Below the pieces are notes generated by a model that saw nothing but the letters and a program-made list of their open reading frames with translations, was not told the origin of the DNA and made no database searches. A stretch of DNA of 63,452 bases, counting the filler, from Reclinomonas americana ATCC 50394 (lineage: Eukaryota): assembly GCA_048213135.1 (NCBI GenBank). It is 42 parts of 42 records of this genome, joined end to end, with 100 filler letters (N's around TTAATTAATTAA, not from the genome) between each part and the next. Parts side by side here need not be neighbours in the genome. Positions count along the whole stretch, not along the records: positions 12,207 to 13,626 come from AFZH01025639.1; positions 13,727 to 15,146 come from AFZH01025640.1; positions 15,247 to 16,663 come from AFZH01025641.1; positions 16,764 to 18,183 come from AFZH01025642.1; positions 18,284 to 19,702 come from AFZH01025643.1; positions 19,803 to 21,220 come from AFZH01025645.1; positions 21,321 to 22,739 come from AFZH01025646.1; positions 22,840 to 24,256 come from AFZH01025647.1; 34 more parts are not named here. One strand, 5' to 3'. A program made the translations under genes and the position numbers. Shown here piece by piece: positions 12,207 to 25,352 of the stretch (positions are counted from its first letter, which is position 1; each line of letters starts with the position of its first letter).

Positions 12207-13559
12207 CCAAGCCCCAAACCCGGTGATCAGGCGAGTCCCTTCCTGGCCGCCGCGCCTGGCGAAGCAGCAGGTTCCTCCAGCCCAGTGCGCTCACCAGCAC
12301 TGGCGGCCGCTCCGGTGCCGTACGGAAACGTGGATCACCCAGACGATGACCCCGCCGTGCAAGCCGCTCTCGCAGCGTCGCTGGCAGCCGCCGCTCCTCG
12401 CCCTCCACTCGGCGAGCGTCCAAATGTTTTCCGGCTACTGGCAACGTTGCCGACGATGCTGCTCAGTGGAACCGCGCTGTTGCCCGAGATTGAGACGTGG
12501 TGGAGAGTTGAGTGTGTGGAGAAAGAACGGCGTGTTTTGTCAACGTTCTCACACCCGGGTTACTGTGCAGGCCATGATGTCATGGTTGCCGGGCGACGGC
12601 GAGCACCAGCGGCAGCAGGAGGACATGGGAGTTGAGTGAGATGTGATGGCCGGGATGTGACTGCTGTCTCACTGTGTGCGAGCAGTACTTTTTGACACAA
12701 GTCATGTTGCCGACACTCGGCGACGTGTTCGACAGACTCTTCCAGGCCACAATCAATATCCGCAGCTACCCCGGGGTGAGGGCTTGTGTGAACGAAGAGT
12801 GTCGAGTGAGTGAGCGATGCGCTGATACCAATCCTCTCGTGCAGTGTTCGTGCAGCGAGGAAATCCTCGTCAGCGACATTACCTACGAGGTGCTGCTGGA
12901 GGTGCAATCGGAGTCGTCGCTGCAGCAGGCTGTCAGAGCTTTGGAGGATCGTACGAATCACGACGTGCCGATGACGTGCCCCAAGTGCCGCTCGCCGGTG
13001 TGTCCACTCGTGCTTACGGTCAATTTTTTCTTTGTTGTGACTCACTGTTCCTTGTTTTCGCAGGGGAGGGGCACTGAATACATCCAGTACCACATGGGCC
13101 GCGCAGTGTTCCTGCGCATGCACCGGTCGCTGGAGCTGACCATGATGCCGCGCATCGATCGGGAAATGGAGATGCTTGGACCGGGTGGTGAGCCACGGCG
13201 CTATCGGCTACGCGCCATTTTGTATCACGTTGGCTCGGCGACTTCTGGGCACTACTTTTGCTTGGTCGATGTTGCGTGGGTCGACGAAGGAGGTGGTGAT
13301 GTGTGTGCGTGTTCAAAATTCTTATGTGGCTGTGCAGACGAGCAAGGGATGGTACGAGTTCAGTGACTCGGTGGTCAAGCGAATGGACGAGAACGACATG
13401 AAGGCCCGGCTGCGTGAACAGCGACCGAGCTACGAACGGCGAGTAGAGGCCTTGTTCTATGAGCTGATCGAGCCGGTAGCAGAGGTGGGAGCGGGGGGGG
13501 CGGCGGCGGCGGCGGCGCCGTCAGCACCACCGGCGCCAGGCTTGGGTCATGCGGTGTGA
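12207..13559 (+). CDS. Ubiquitin-specific protease, haplotype copy 2 (reverse complement of 9161-10583)
   Basis: Same exon structure and contig ends; differences are mostly intronic. Confidence 0.8.
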
Positions 13560-13912
13560 TGGGTAGTAGGGGGGGAGGGGAGAGAGAGAGAGAGAGAGAG
13601 AGAGATAGGAGTGTACGTACTGCTGCNNNNNNNNNNNNNNNNNNNNNNNNNNNNNNNNNNNNNNNNNNNNTTAATTAATTAANNNNNNNNNNNNNNNNNN
13701 NNNNNNNNNNNNNNNNNNNNNNNNNNCAAAAAAAAGACAAACAAAAAAACAGGTGCTGCTCTTTTCTATCTTTGTGTATTCCCTCTGCACCTCGCTCTGT
13801 GCACGCGTGAACGTCGATACACAGCAGCAGCGGCGCGACACACACACGCACACTTGTCGACGTTCGCAATCCGTCGCGAGCACTCCATTGTCAGTTTTAC
13901 TGGTAACGATCA

Positions 13913-15146
13913 ATGACGAGCAAAGGCGGCGACCAGGCCGCTCGCACGCAGTCGTTTGAGGGCGTCGAGTACAAATCTGTTGCGTGCCCTCCCCTCCCTC
14001 CTTTGACTCTCCTTCCCTCGCTCACACGCGCACGCACACACACACAGGACATTGATGAGAGCACGCGACAGGCGCTGTGTGTGGCGTGCTTGTCGGCGGG
14101 GTACGTGGACTCGTACGTGGAGCTCTTCCAGCTTCTCATGCGGCCTCCGGTGGTGGTCGACCCGATCACCGAGCGCAAGTTTGCAGTGCCACTGGCGCGC
14201 GTGGAGTTTGTCATTGAGCAGCTGCAGACGGGTGAGCAGAATCGACGCGAGGGCAACTATCGTGGCTTCTTCGAGGCCATGAAGGAGCTGGCCGAGTACT
14301 TTGAGGTGGAGGGCGACATGGAGATGGCAGAGAAGTACCTCAAGCGTGGGTGCGATCTGGCGCACGACTCGGGCGAGATGCAGCTGGAGGGCGAGGCGGT
14401 GGAGAGTCTGGGCATGTTCTTTGAGCGCATTGGAAAGGTGGGGAGCGTGTCGTGCGCCTGAAGGGGGGAATCGTGGGGAGGAGCGACTGATTGAGAGCGT
14501 CTGCAGCCTACGTCGGCGCTGGAGGCGTACGAGTTGGCGTCGCGATTGGCGCAGCAGACGCACAACCGGTCGGCGGCGCGGACAGCTCTGGAGCACTTGA
14601 TCAATGTGTACACGACGCTGGCGGAGAAGAAGCAGCAGTTGAGTAGAGCTAGCGAGCGAGCGCGAGAGAGAGAGAGTTGTGTTGTTCTAACGTGTGTATG
14701 CGTGCAGGGCTGGTGATCTGGAGGGCGCCATGGAGCACTACCGACAGAGCTTGCAGGCCGCAATCAAGGGTGGTCTGCAGCAAGCCGAAGGCGAGATGCA
14801 GCATCGACTCGGCGGAGTGCTGAACTCCGCCAAGCAGTATCAGCAGGCGGTGGAGGCGGAGCGTGAGTTTTTGCGAGTATGTGAGGAGCGCAGAGATACG
14901 GAAGGTGCGTTGTGGACGCCCGTGCCAACTGTGGTGTGCTGATGATACGTGTACCGACGCCGATGCCTCTGCGTTCAGGTATGGCACTGGCGTACGGGGC
15001 CATGACACACATCTTCGAGTCCAAGGGCGACATTGCGAATGCCGTCACTTGCGTGGAACAGTACTTGCTGTTGGCCGAGGAGACCGCCTCGCTCGAGTTG
15101 CAAGCGGAGGCTTGTCGCACACTGGGCGCGCTACACAGCAAGCAGG
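13913..15146 (+). CDS. TTC29: TTC29-like flagellar TPR protein (3' partial), copy 1
   Basis: LCVACLSAGYVDSYVELFQL..QLQTGEQNRREGNY..MKELAEYFE resembles the TTC29 N-terminus, followed by TPRs; 4 introns. Confidence 0.65.
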
Positions 15147-16590
15147 NNNNNNNNNNNNNNNNNNNNNNNNNNNNNNNNNNNNNNNNNNNNTTAATTAATT
15201 AANNNNNNNNNNNNNNNNNNNNNNNNNNNNNNNNNNNNNNNNNNNNACGGTCAAAAAAGGTGAGTTGGGTGGGTGGTTCCGCGCCTCACTCATCGCCTGC
15301 ATTGTTGGAGTTGCCGCACTCTCTTGTGCTGTGTGGAGCGCATGTTTTGGAACACAATGAACCGCGGTGGGTTGTTTCAAGTGCTGTGGGTGTTTCTTGG
15401 TGTGTGATGCACTGGAGTTGAGTGACTTAGAGAGAATTTGGCCTCGTCGCTCACTCACATGCATGTGAGGCGTGCGACGGATTTCGTCTGTGTTCCACTC
15501 GTAATCCGTGTGGTGGTGAGTTTTCCGTGTTGGAATCCGTCACAAAAGTCGTAAAACTCTTACAGCCCCAGATCTTTTCGTTTTCCGTGCGTTTTCTCAC
15601 ACGGAAAACGCGTTACGGCCGGATTCCATCCGGGCCAGGTGCGGCCGGGTACCCGCGCGCGCAGCAGCACCGCCGCACGCCTGCTTCTCTCCTTTGCCTC
15701 GCACCACCACAGCCATGCAGTAGACATTGTTTCCTTGCAAGAGAAGCGTTCAGATGGTTCATTATCAGCTCATATCGATGCATGCTCTCATTGCTGCGCC
15801 AGCTGTCAATGCAGCAGCTGGCTGGCGGCTGGCGCGCCACTAAACAGCGCGCTACGCGGTGCAGGGGACGGTGGGCAGGGCCGCCGTGCCGCAGCCATGC
15901 CCGGCGGTGCACCGCTAATGACACTCGCTGAGCTCGTCTCAACACGGCAGACACCGACCAGCAGTTGGCCGGCAACCAGTCGTGGATGCGCCTGCCGGCA
16001 CCAACAGCGCACGTCAGCGCCAGGCGTGCACAGCAGCCGGCAGGATGGTGCATGCGCGGCTCACGCACACGCACGCACCATCACTGCAAGCACGCCGGCC
16101 GGTGTCCTCATGGGCCTCTGCAACGCCGCGCCGTACTGCCGCGGCAGGCAGTGACCACGCCACGAGCTTCAGCAAGACACACCGCTGCAAGGTAACGCAG
16201 TAAGCACAGTGGTCACAGATGTTCACACCACACAGCACATGGGACGAACCAGCAAGCGTGGGGGTACTCGGCCGGAGGAGCCTACACACAGTTGGAGTGA
16301 GCATGCAAGCACTTCAAACAGGCAAGGGAACGACCAAGAAACCACGAACCATAACACTCCGCGCGCGATCAACGCAGTCCGATGGACACCACAGCAGTGG
16401 GGTCACCTGCAGGTAAACAAAGCTGGTGAGATGCCATTGTAACAATGCACAACAAGCAAAAACACCACAGCACAGAGATCTGCGACATCCTCTCTGACTC
16501 TGTACTCGTATCCTTAGTGCACGCAGACACTGCTTACAGGCACGAGCCAGCCGCGCCGGTGCACTTGCGTGTGAGTGTGTCACAGAGAGG

Positions 16591-16637
<47 letters not shown>

Positions 16638-17250
16638 TGGACGACAAGTACGTGACAACAAGANNNNNNNNNNNNNNNNNNNNNNNNNNNNNNNNNNNNN
16701 NNNNNNNTTAATTAATTAANNNNNNNNNNNNNNNNNNNNNNNNNNNNNNNNNNNNNNNNNNNNCAACTGCTAGAGAGGAGAGAAAACACTCGAATAATCT
16801 CTCCTCCTTCATCTCTTGTCCTTGTCGCCACATTCCCCGTTCATCAACCGACAATAATGCATGGTCGAGCGCTCACTCGAGCGACAAGACAACACAATCT
16901 CCACAAACAACGAAGAGTGCAAGCAAAGAAGATTCACACAGACAACAGTAATCTCTTTCCTCTCTCCCTTCTTCATAACTGATTCCCTTTCCCCGACCCA
17001 CAACTGAGGAATGTAAGAGCACACTCACTCGCAATGAGAAGATGCAAGAACTACTCAAGCAGCTCTTTTCTCTCTCTTTTCTTCTCAAGAACAATCAAGA
17101 ATGACTCACTCGCTAGTACAACAAACTAACACAACTCAACCAGCTGTCCCGAGTTCGACCCTCCATGCTATCAACCCAAACAAGCTCTCACTCACAAACC
17201 TGACCAACTCTCTTTCCCTTTCTACCTTCCCCTTGCAACCCCCTTCCCCT

Positions 17251-18023
17251 TCACCGCACCTCCATTCCCGTCTGCACCCCCGCCGACACCCCCGTCGCCC
17301 TCTGCGCATCGTCGAGTCTCCGTTGCCAGTTATCCCGCTCCGCCGCATACTCCCGCTCCCGCCTCTCCATCGCGCTCTCGGTCTGCGCCATCAGCTCGTT
17401 GAACCGCCGATCTGCCGCCTCGCAGTGGCTGTTGGCCAACTGCACGGCGCCCTCGAGCTGGCCCACCGTTTTCCGCAGCTTGTTGATCTGCGCGTCCTTT
17501 TCCGCCAGCTGCTGCTCCATGGCAGTGGCCGCCTCTGCCAGACGGCGCTCCATCTCCGCCGTAGCCAGCGCCACTTGCTGTCGCGCCACCTCCAGCACTT
17601 GCGGGCTCGGGGCACTGGCGGCAGTGGGGGACGGTGTTGCGGCTGCGGCTGCTGTTGCTGCCGTGGCGGCGGCGGCGGTGGCTGTCTTTAGGCGCTGCTC
17701 CAGATCGGCCTGTGAGGAAAAGAGAGGAAGGGTGTGAGGTATTGACACAGAAGCTCAGTGTCTGTGACGACAAACCTGCGTGGCGGCGGCATTGGTCAGT
17801 GCGGCGCGGAACTGCTGCTCCAACTCGCTCTTCTCCTTTTGCACGCGGTCCAGTCGCATCTTGGTCTCCTTCAGCTCGAACGACGCGTCGCGGCTCTCCA
17901 TCTGGTCGGCCAGTCCGCTGCCCGCGTCGTCGCCAACCGAGGCATGGCTCATGCGCGAGCGCTCGTCCTCCAGGCGCGACACTTCGACTTCCAGGCGTCG
18001 GACCTTGGCGTCGAGGCTCTCCC
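17251..18023 (-). CDS. Coiled-coil protein (partial)
   Basis: Heptad-rich exons joined by a GTTTGT..AG intron. Confidence 0.55.
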
Positions 18024-18129
18024 TGCATGGAGGGGAAAGGGAGGAAAAGGGGAAGGGGAGGGGGAATGGCAGGGGAGAAACATAAATGAGAGGGAGCGAA
18101 TTGAACTATGACGCAAAGCACGAAATAGG

Positions 18130-18178
<49 letters not shown>

Positions 18179-18283
18179 GACGANNNNNNNNNNNNNNNNN
18201 NNNNNNNNNNNNNNNNNNNNNNNNNNNTTAATTAATTAANNNNNNNNNNNNNNNNNNNNNNNNNNNNNNNNNNNNNNNNNNNN

Positions 18284-19658
18284 TTGGACTTGCCTCGGGG
18301 ACCTGGTACTGACAAGTGAGAAACAGGCGGAGGGGCCAACATGGACGAATGCGTTCACTCAAACAGCATGAATACGCACGGAGTAAGGTGAGAAATCCAG
18401 AGACATATCGCCCGTGGGCAACTTGATGGCCAACGCACGCTTGTATCGTTCACGATCCAACTGCGCGCCACCACGCAGTGAGAAGAGCACGACCCAACCC
18501 CCGCCAACTCCACCGAGCAACAACAATGCACACCGGTGGCTTCAGATACTGCAGCAGCGACAGCTCATGAACGACCGGAATACGATGTTTGGAATACGGC
18601 TGCAGCAGCGGGACGAGGATGCAGTGCACGTCGGCGGCATCCAGTTTCTTGGCACAGGCGCTCATGTACATGATGGTTCCTGAGAGCAACAGACAGCAAA
18701 GAAATGAGATGATGAATTCGTGCTGTGCGAAGCCAACAAACATACACACACACGTACCGTGCCGAATCCATGTGTTTGGGTGGAACAGCAACGGACAAAC
18801 GAACGTGGCAACCTCGATCAAGCGCTTCCGATTCAGCGAGTTGCTGTCACACAGTCGAACAAACGCCGCCAGCGCTCTCTCCACGACAAACTCCTCCGTG
18901 TCTGCAGAGTCGCGGCAAGTGAGTCAGCAGAAAGAGCCGAGCTATGCATAGGTCAAGGGTTGCAAACAAAACCATTCAGGCCGTGCAGCAGGCACGGGTA
19001 GATGAACGAGTGGAAGGCTCGTTGTCCGAGGTAGAGCGGCAAGTCGACGATGGTGTCGAGAAGAGACTCGCGGACTCGCCAGTCGTGGAAGTTGAGATAC
19101 GAGAGAATCACCGGCAAAAGGCGTTCCGAGGTGAGGGCGGGGCCAAAGAATCGCGCCAGCTCTTGCAAGTTGATCAGCAGTGCGCGACGCACTTCACCGC
19201 TTTCGTCACACCCGAGACGCATGACAGCGTCACCGACCACTTCTTGGATGGCGTGCACCTCCGAGTCACGGTTCTGTGAGAGTCGAGAGAGAGTTGAGCA
19301 ACTACTTTATGTGTACACACACAGCGAGTGCTCTGACCTCCAGGAAAAAGGAGCTCTCGATTCGGACCGAACTGCGCAAATCCAGCATGCGATCGTACTT
19401 CATCAGCTGCGCAAGCAAGCAAGCGGTCAATTAATTTCGGCAACCATCGTGACAAGGCTGGAGAAGCACGCAGTAGTAGGACGCAACGTGGGCCACCTCG
19501 ATGAAGCGCCGTGCATGCCGAGCCAGCAGCGGGAGATGTTCAGCAACAGCCGCGCGCACAATCGCTTCTGGGTCCGTCAGCAGCGGCTGCACAGAGGGGA
19601 AGATGTAGGCCTGGAAAATGTGACCCTCGCTGATCAAGAACTGCTCAATTTGCGAGAC
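18284..19658 (-). CDS. VPS15: VPS15/PIK3R4, HEAT-repeat region (partial), copy 1
   Basis: IFQAYIFPSV..DPEAIVRAAVAE..VRRALL..LARFFG..LPVILSYLNFHDWRVR..PLLFHPNTWIRHG. Confidence 0.88.
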
Positions 19659-20062
19659 CTACATGGGCGAATGGACATGCACCAAAGTTAGCTATGCGCA
19701 GCNNNNNNNNNNNNNNNNNNNNNNNNNNNNNNNNNNNNNNNNNNNNTTAATTAATTAANNNNNNNNNNNNNNNNNNNNNNNNNNNNNNNNNNNNNNNNNN
19801 NNTTTCTCGGCATACCGTCATCACAGCCGCGAAAAACGTTTCTTCTTGTCACACAGCTGGCACGTCACCGCATCCACAGGTGAGTGCCCGGCTTCCTTTT
19901 CCAGTCTCTCTTTGAGATCCTCATCGGAAGCATGTCGTCGTCCGCCAGGTTGCTGGTTCCGATGGTGATACTAGACATGGCGTAGAGCGGCTGTGGTGCG
20001 TGGATTCACTTGGCTGTTTGTTCTTCGCATTCACATTATCCAAACTCTCTGTGTGGTTTGCA

Positions 20063-21060
20063 GTGCTCCTTCTCCACGGTGGCGGAAGAAAGCACATCAA
20101 CTGGCGTACGATGGCAACATGAAAGCGTTGTACGAGTTGGTAAGACGCGAGGGCGCAGAGATTCTTCTGAGTAGTGAGGAGGTTGACGAGGATGGCTGCA
20201 CGGCATTCGATTATGCCGCATACCGAGGACATTTGTCGGTGTTGGTGTATTTGTGGGAGGAGAACGGTGTGGAGACGCAGCTCGCGCATGCGGTCGATAG
20301 CGCTGGCTGGACTCCATTCTTGTCTGCGGCCGCCCGTGGGCATCTTCCAGTGGTGGAGTGGTTGCTTGCCGATGAACGTCGATGTCCGCCGGAGATGGTG
20401 CGCACTGTCACCAATGACAGGGACCCCAATCCGCAGTCGACTGTACTGCACTATGCTGCCATGAATGGCCATGAGGCTATCGTGCGACTGCTTGCCACCC
20501 GATTCCCCGACCTCATTCCCATGGTCAACGGCGCGGGCAAGACGGCAGCTGAGATGGCTCGGGAATATGGCGAGTCGGATGTGGCCGAGTTACTCGACCA
20601 CCTTGCTGCACAGCCTGAAGGTCTGTCTATTTCCTCCTACAAGGAAACGATTATCCTTTTTCGTTTCTGACTCGTCTTGCTGGTTTTTCTTTTTTTACTC
20701 TGGTCACAGAACTAGAACACCAGCTGGTGAGACCACTAATTTTCTCACACATTAATCAGCATACCTTACTCACTCTCCTGCATGCAGGAGGTTGGGTCGC
20801 CGTTACTCGCTCAGCAGCTCGCCGAGGCATCTGCTCTCAACGCGCAACTCCAACGCGAACTCGACGCAGCGCTCCAGGAACAGGAGCAGCGACAACAGGC
20901 ATGGGACCGACAGCGACACGAGTTTGAGAGCATTGTTGCTCAGCTGCAACGCAAATCGACTGCCGATGAGGAGCATATCGTGCGATTGGAGCACGACATA
21001 GCAGCACTGCGATTTGATCTGGAACGACACACGCAGGCACCGTCCACCGGGCGGCAATGA
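20063..21060 (+). CDS. Ankyrin-repeat protein with C-terminal coiled coil
   Basis: GCTAFDYAAYRGH, GWTPFLSAAARGH and TVLHYAAMNGH repeats; short introns; start uncertain. Confidence 0.85.
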
Positions 21061-21396
21061 CCTACCGCCCCTCCGCGGTGAGATTGTCACGTGAATATCT
21101 ATTTACTCACAATCTGTCGCTGACATTTCTTATGATGCACGCTGATGAATCCAAGTGTGACATTTTTTTCCGTGGACTCGTCGACACGGATCCTTGTTGT
21201 GGCCGCGATTCAAACAAGCCNNNNNNNNNNNNNNNNNNNNNNNNNNNNNNNNNNNNNNNNNNNNTTAATTAATTAANNNNNNNNNNNNNNNNNNNNNNNN
21301 NNNNNNNNNNNNNNNNNNNNCAGTGACGATGTTCGTGCCCTTGGCCTGTTCACCGAGGAGGGCCACTGCAAGGAGAAGAACCGCACCGAAGTACTG

Positions 21397-22646
21397 ATGG
21401 TAGTCAACGCGCAAATCGTCAAACAGCTGGTTGACACAAACAAGCTGTTGGCTGCGATGGTCACGGAGCAAACCCAGTTGACCAAGACCACGAACGTGAT
21501 TGTGAGCAAGATTACCAAGATGTGCGAGGACATTGAGGCGATGCGTCACGCAGCATGTGAGACGGTTGCCACGCTGGACAGCAAGGCAGTGGTTTGTGTC
21601 GTTCGATTGGTGCCGTTTGCTGCTCATCGTGTGGACCACGCTCTCACTTCATCGCGGTACAGGACGCAATTGCCGCCGTGGCGCGCTTTTCAATCCGCCG
21701 CAGCCTTGACGGTGGTGACTTTGCGACACTCAAACGCTGGCACAAGAAGGACCCCGACCTCATCCAGGAAACTGTGATGAACACGCCCAGGCTGTCACAG
21801 TACAGGGCTATTGTAGAGACTTATGACGGGGCGAAGGAGGTTGCCGGGAAGGTACGCTGCTTGGACGTCGCGCACACACACACTCCCTCCGTCCTGTGTG
21901 TGCGCGTAAAGTAAGCCGATCAACTGCATCGTGCAGATTGCGTCGAGAATCAACTCGGCCCTCTCCAGTATCACCAGCAGAATCAACAATGAGTGCCTCG
22001 TTGCTGGTGCCGCTGCTTACCGCACTCTTGATGAATTCAAGCAGTTTTTGCAGCGCACCGGAGTCGAGGATGCCAAGGTGTGTTTTTAGCCTGCTTGGCG
22101 CAGCGTGCAGTTTTCCTACTTTATCGGCGCCAACACGTTGACACACAGGTGGCGAATGCAAAGGATGGCCGTGCTGAGGCTCTCACGGCTGCCTTTGCAA
22201 ACCGTGAGCAGTCGCGCATGGTCTTTGGAATGATGGTTTGTGGGCGGGAGCTTTAGCGTTGGTTGTTGGGTGCCACCACACTCACCGTACTTGTGATGTG
22301 TGTGCAGGTACTTGTCAGCTATCACCTCCACCATGTTGACGGCAAGAACGCGACGTTTGGGAAGATTGTTAACTGGTTGCACCGGCATCGACTTTCGCTT
22401 CGCTCATCTCCGGAGACTGTTTTCTGTGCTCTGGCCGGCTCCGAGGGGAATACGGCCTTCATGGTGCATCTACCGTGGGAGTTCTTGTTTCCGACGGCAG
22501 GTGGGATGGAACACGGTGACCGTGTGGAGCAAGCCGCACAGGCAGCCGGCAGTGACGTTGTTGGCAACTCTTCTAGTGACGATCGCGGCGTGGGAGATGA
22601 GCTGGAGGAAGCGGAACGGGAGGAAGATGACGGTGATCTTGACTGA
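21397..22646 (+). CDS. Hypothetical protein (4 introns, acidic C-terminus)
   Basis: Exons splice in frame through GTTTGT, GTACGC and GTGTGT donors; no family recognised. Confidence 0.5.
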
Positions 22647-22839
22647 CGGATCCCGATCTGGAGCGGGATATTTTTTGCAGTTTTTCACAGCAGTGCAGAC
22701 TGACAGACAGACTTAGAAGATGAGTACTGTATAGTGAATNNNNNNNNNNNNNNNNNNNNNNNNNNNNNNNNNNNNNNNNNNNNTTAATTAATTAANNNNN
22801 NNNNNNNNNNNNNNNNNNNNNNNNNNNNNNNNNNNNNNN

Positions 22840-22890
<51 letters not shown>

Positions 22891-23151
22891 TACCATGTGT
22901 GCCACAAGGGAGACACCACAGCGGCGAGTGTTGCGACCTGCATCGCAGGAGTCGCGTTGGTACCGAGTCCGAGCCATGAGTCATCAGCCTTGTGCAAGTT
23001 TGTTTGGCAGCAGTGCATTCCACCTCTTAGCCACTCCCTTCCCCAGATCGCACTCGGGTGTTTACCCACTTCTTGCACGAAATGACAACATGACAGAGAG
23101 AAACACATCGGCGTCTCAACGACAACACAAAAAATCTCCTCTCCGTCACAG

Positions 23152-24233
23152 TTATCCCCACGCGACGAGAATGCGACGCGGGCCCGAGTACGGCATGCGA
23201 GCGTGCGCCAGGCGATGGTTGTCAATCATGCACACATCGCCGCGGTTCCACGCCGGGAACACAGTGTGGCGCCAGCACACGTCGCGCACGTGCGACATGA
23301 CGGCGTCGGGAATCGGATTTTCGTTGTGCCACAGGCAGTTCATGCCTGGGGTGAGAGGGTGAGACAACGAAGCAAGGGGGTGAGAGATCAATTGCGCGCG
23401 CCACGCACCCTGCGACTTCTCCGACTGAATCAGGCGGCGAATAAAGGTGAGCACGTACAGCAGGATGAACATGATCCAGTGGCGGAGGAGACCCGTGCGC
23501 TTCGCAATGTGGTGGTACTCCTGGAACGCCTGCGTCGGGTGGAAGACGCACGAGTGGTTGGAGAACACCTCGCGACCCGTCACGGGATGCGGGCGGAAAC
23601 CGGGTCCCGGGTTGGACAGGCGCAGGCGATCATGCTCCATCCACTGCACCTTGATGCCGTCCTGCTGGCACGTCTCCTCCACCTTTTGCTTGTCGGTGGT
23701 CTCGAAAATCTCCGGCCACTTCTTCAGCTTCCACTGCACGACAACATCAGATGAGTGACGTGTTAAAAGCAACAGTGTGAATGTGAGCTTCAACGTACCG
23801 GGTCGAGCTTCATCTCATCGGGTCTGTGCATGCCGTAACGAGTCAGCGAACCACCTGTCATGTTCATGTACGACCTCCCTTACTTACCCCGTGTAATTGC
23901 GGTAGTAGTGCACGCCATCGCGGAACTGCTCACGCACAGCCGGGTCGAGGTCCTCCCACACCTGCGCAAAGTCGACAAGTGCCGTCTCGCCACCGGTCTC
24001 CGGTGCAATACCACACCAGAAGAACAGCTTATCCGGCCGGTTTTTCTCCAGGAACGACATCTTGCATGGCGCGCGCATGCGTGTCAGTAATGCAGCACAC
24101 ACAGAGAGGTATCGTGACACAAAGAGTACCTCAATGTGCGGAGGAATGGGGAACACTGGCGGCAACTCGCTGGCACTGAAGGTGAACTGCGTGATGCGAT
24201 TGCGCGGACTGGTGCCGAGATACATTTGCCCGA
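23152..24233 (-). CDS. TauD/TfdA-family (SyrP-like) Fe(II)/2-oxoglutarate dioxygenase (5' partial)
   Basis: IPPHIE|MSF (HxE), KLFFWC..GGETALVD, WNRGDVCMIDNHRLAHARMPYSGPRRILVAW; 4 introns. Confidence 0.88.
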
Positions 24234-24356
24234 GCTGTGCAACCAAAACACACACANNNNNNNNNNNNNNNNNNNNNNNNNNNNNNNNNNNNNNNNNNNN
24301 TTAATTAATTAANNNNNNNNNNNNNNNNNNNNNNNNNNNNNNNNNNNNNNNNNNNN

Positions 24357-25352
24357 TGGCATGGGTCCTTTGTCTTCGTAATACTCCATCGTCCTATGCA
24401 TTCACCGGTACGTGAGTCAACAGGAGCACTGCAGCGTGCGCACGACGAGCTCGCAATCGCTCACCTGGCGTCGCGGAAAATAATGCTGAGCGCCCAAAAA
24501 GCAAACGTGCACCGCGTGATGCGGTAGCAGTGGAGCCGATCGGTCTCGCGCACCATGTCTTGCAGGCGCGGTTGGATGAGCTCGTGTCCCCCTGCCTCGC
24601 TCTCCAGCTCATTCACCGCCGCCTCCACTTGAGCCAGCATGCGCAGTTGCATCTCGTACCCGGCCAGATCCGGCATGCGCGCTCGATCATCTTCTGTGCA
24701 GATAAAGCTGGTACGAGCCCAACGCCGTAAGCACCACTGCCCTCTGTGCGCCCTCCATTATCTTTGACAGGCACGAAACTTGTTGAGGTGCAAGTGCTCC
24801 CACACACCGCGTTCGCGACGCAGTCCCTCTCGCACGTGATCGAAGAAGAGGCGACGCGGAACGTTGGGTTCGCAGATCGCTGCCTCGGTGAGTGGATCCC
24901 ACACGTTGAGAACGCCTGTCGGCAAGGCCCCATCGGGTGGGGGTCGATGTTAGTCAATGCGAGTCGCAACTTCACCGATGCCCATCACATCATCGACAAC
25001 AGCCCCCAACCTTGCAGATTGTGATCGCTGGTCGGTGGACCTCGCCATGCTAGGTACCGCTGCACCTCTGCGATGGGAAGGGCAGAGACGAACGTCGGAA
25101 GGAAGGGAGAAAGAGGGAAAGGTGAAATGAGAAAGGGAAAAAAGAAGTGTGAGGAAGGGGATGGAGACAAGGAAAGAGAGGGAGAATGAGGAGGGCATGA
25201 GGAGCAGAGTGAGTGGAGAGAGCGGAGAAGAGGAAGGGAGAGTGAGAGAGAGAGAGTGTGTGTGTGAGCGTGATCACCAAAGCATCATCACGGAGCATCG
25301 ATGGGTGACAGCGAAACGCACCATCAAATGTGGGTTGGTATGCGGCAGCCAT
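24357..25352 (-). CDS. Hypothetical protein (multi-exon, 3' partial)
   Basis: Starts MAAAYQPTF; exons join in frame through GT-AG introns. Confidence 0.45.

Noticed and set aside
12625..12690. Non-canonical TT..GC intron that would give QQEDMGEYF in the USP
   Set aside because: A GT-AG intron keeps the frame (QQEDMGYF), and the PRP8 and amylase junctions show the GTT-class cut is before the G.
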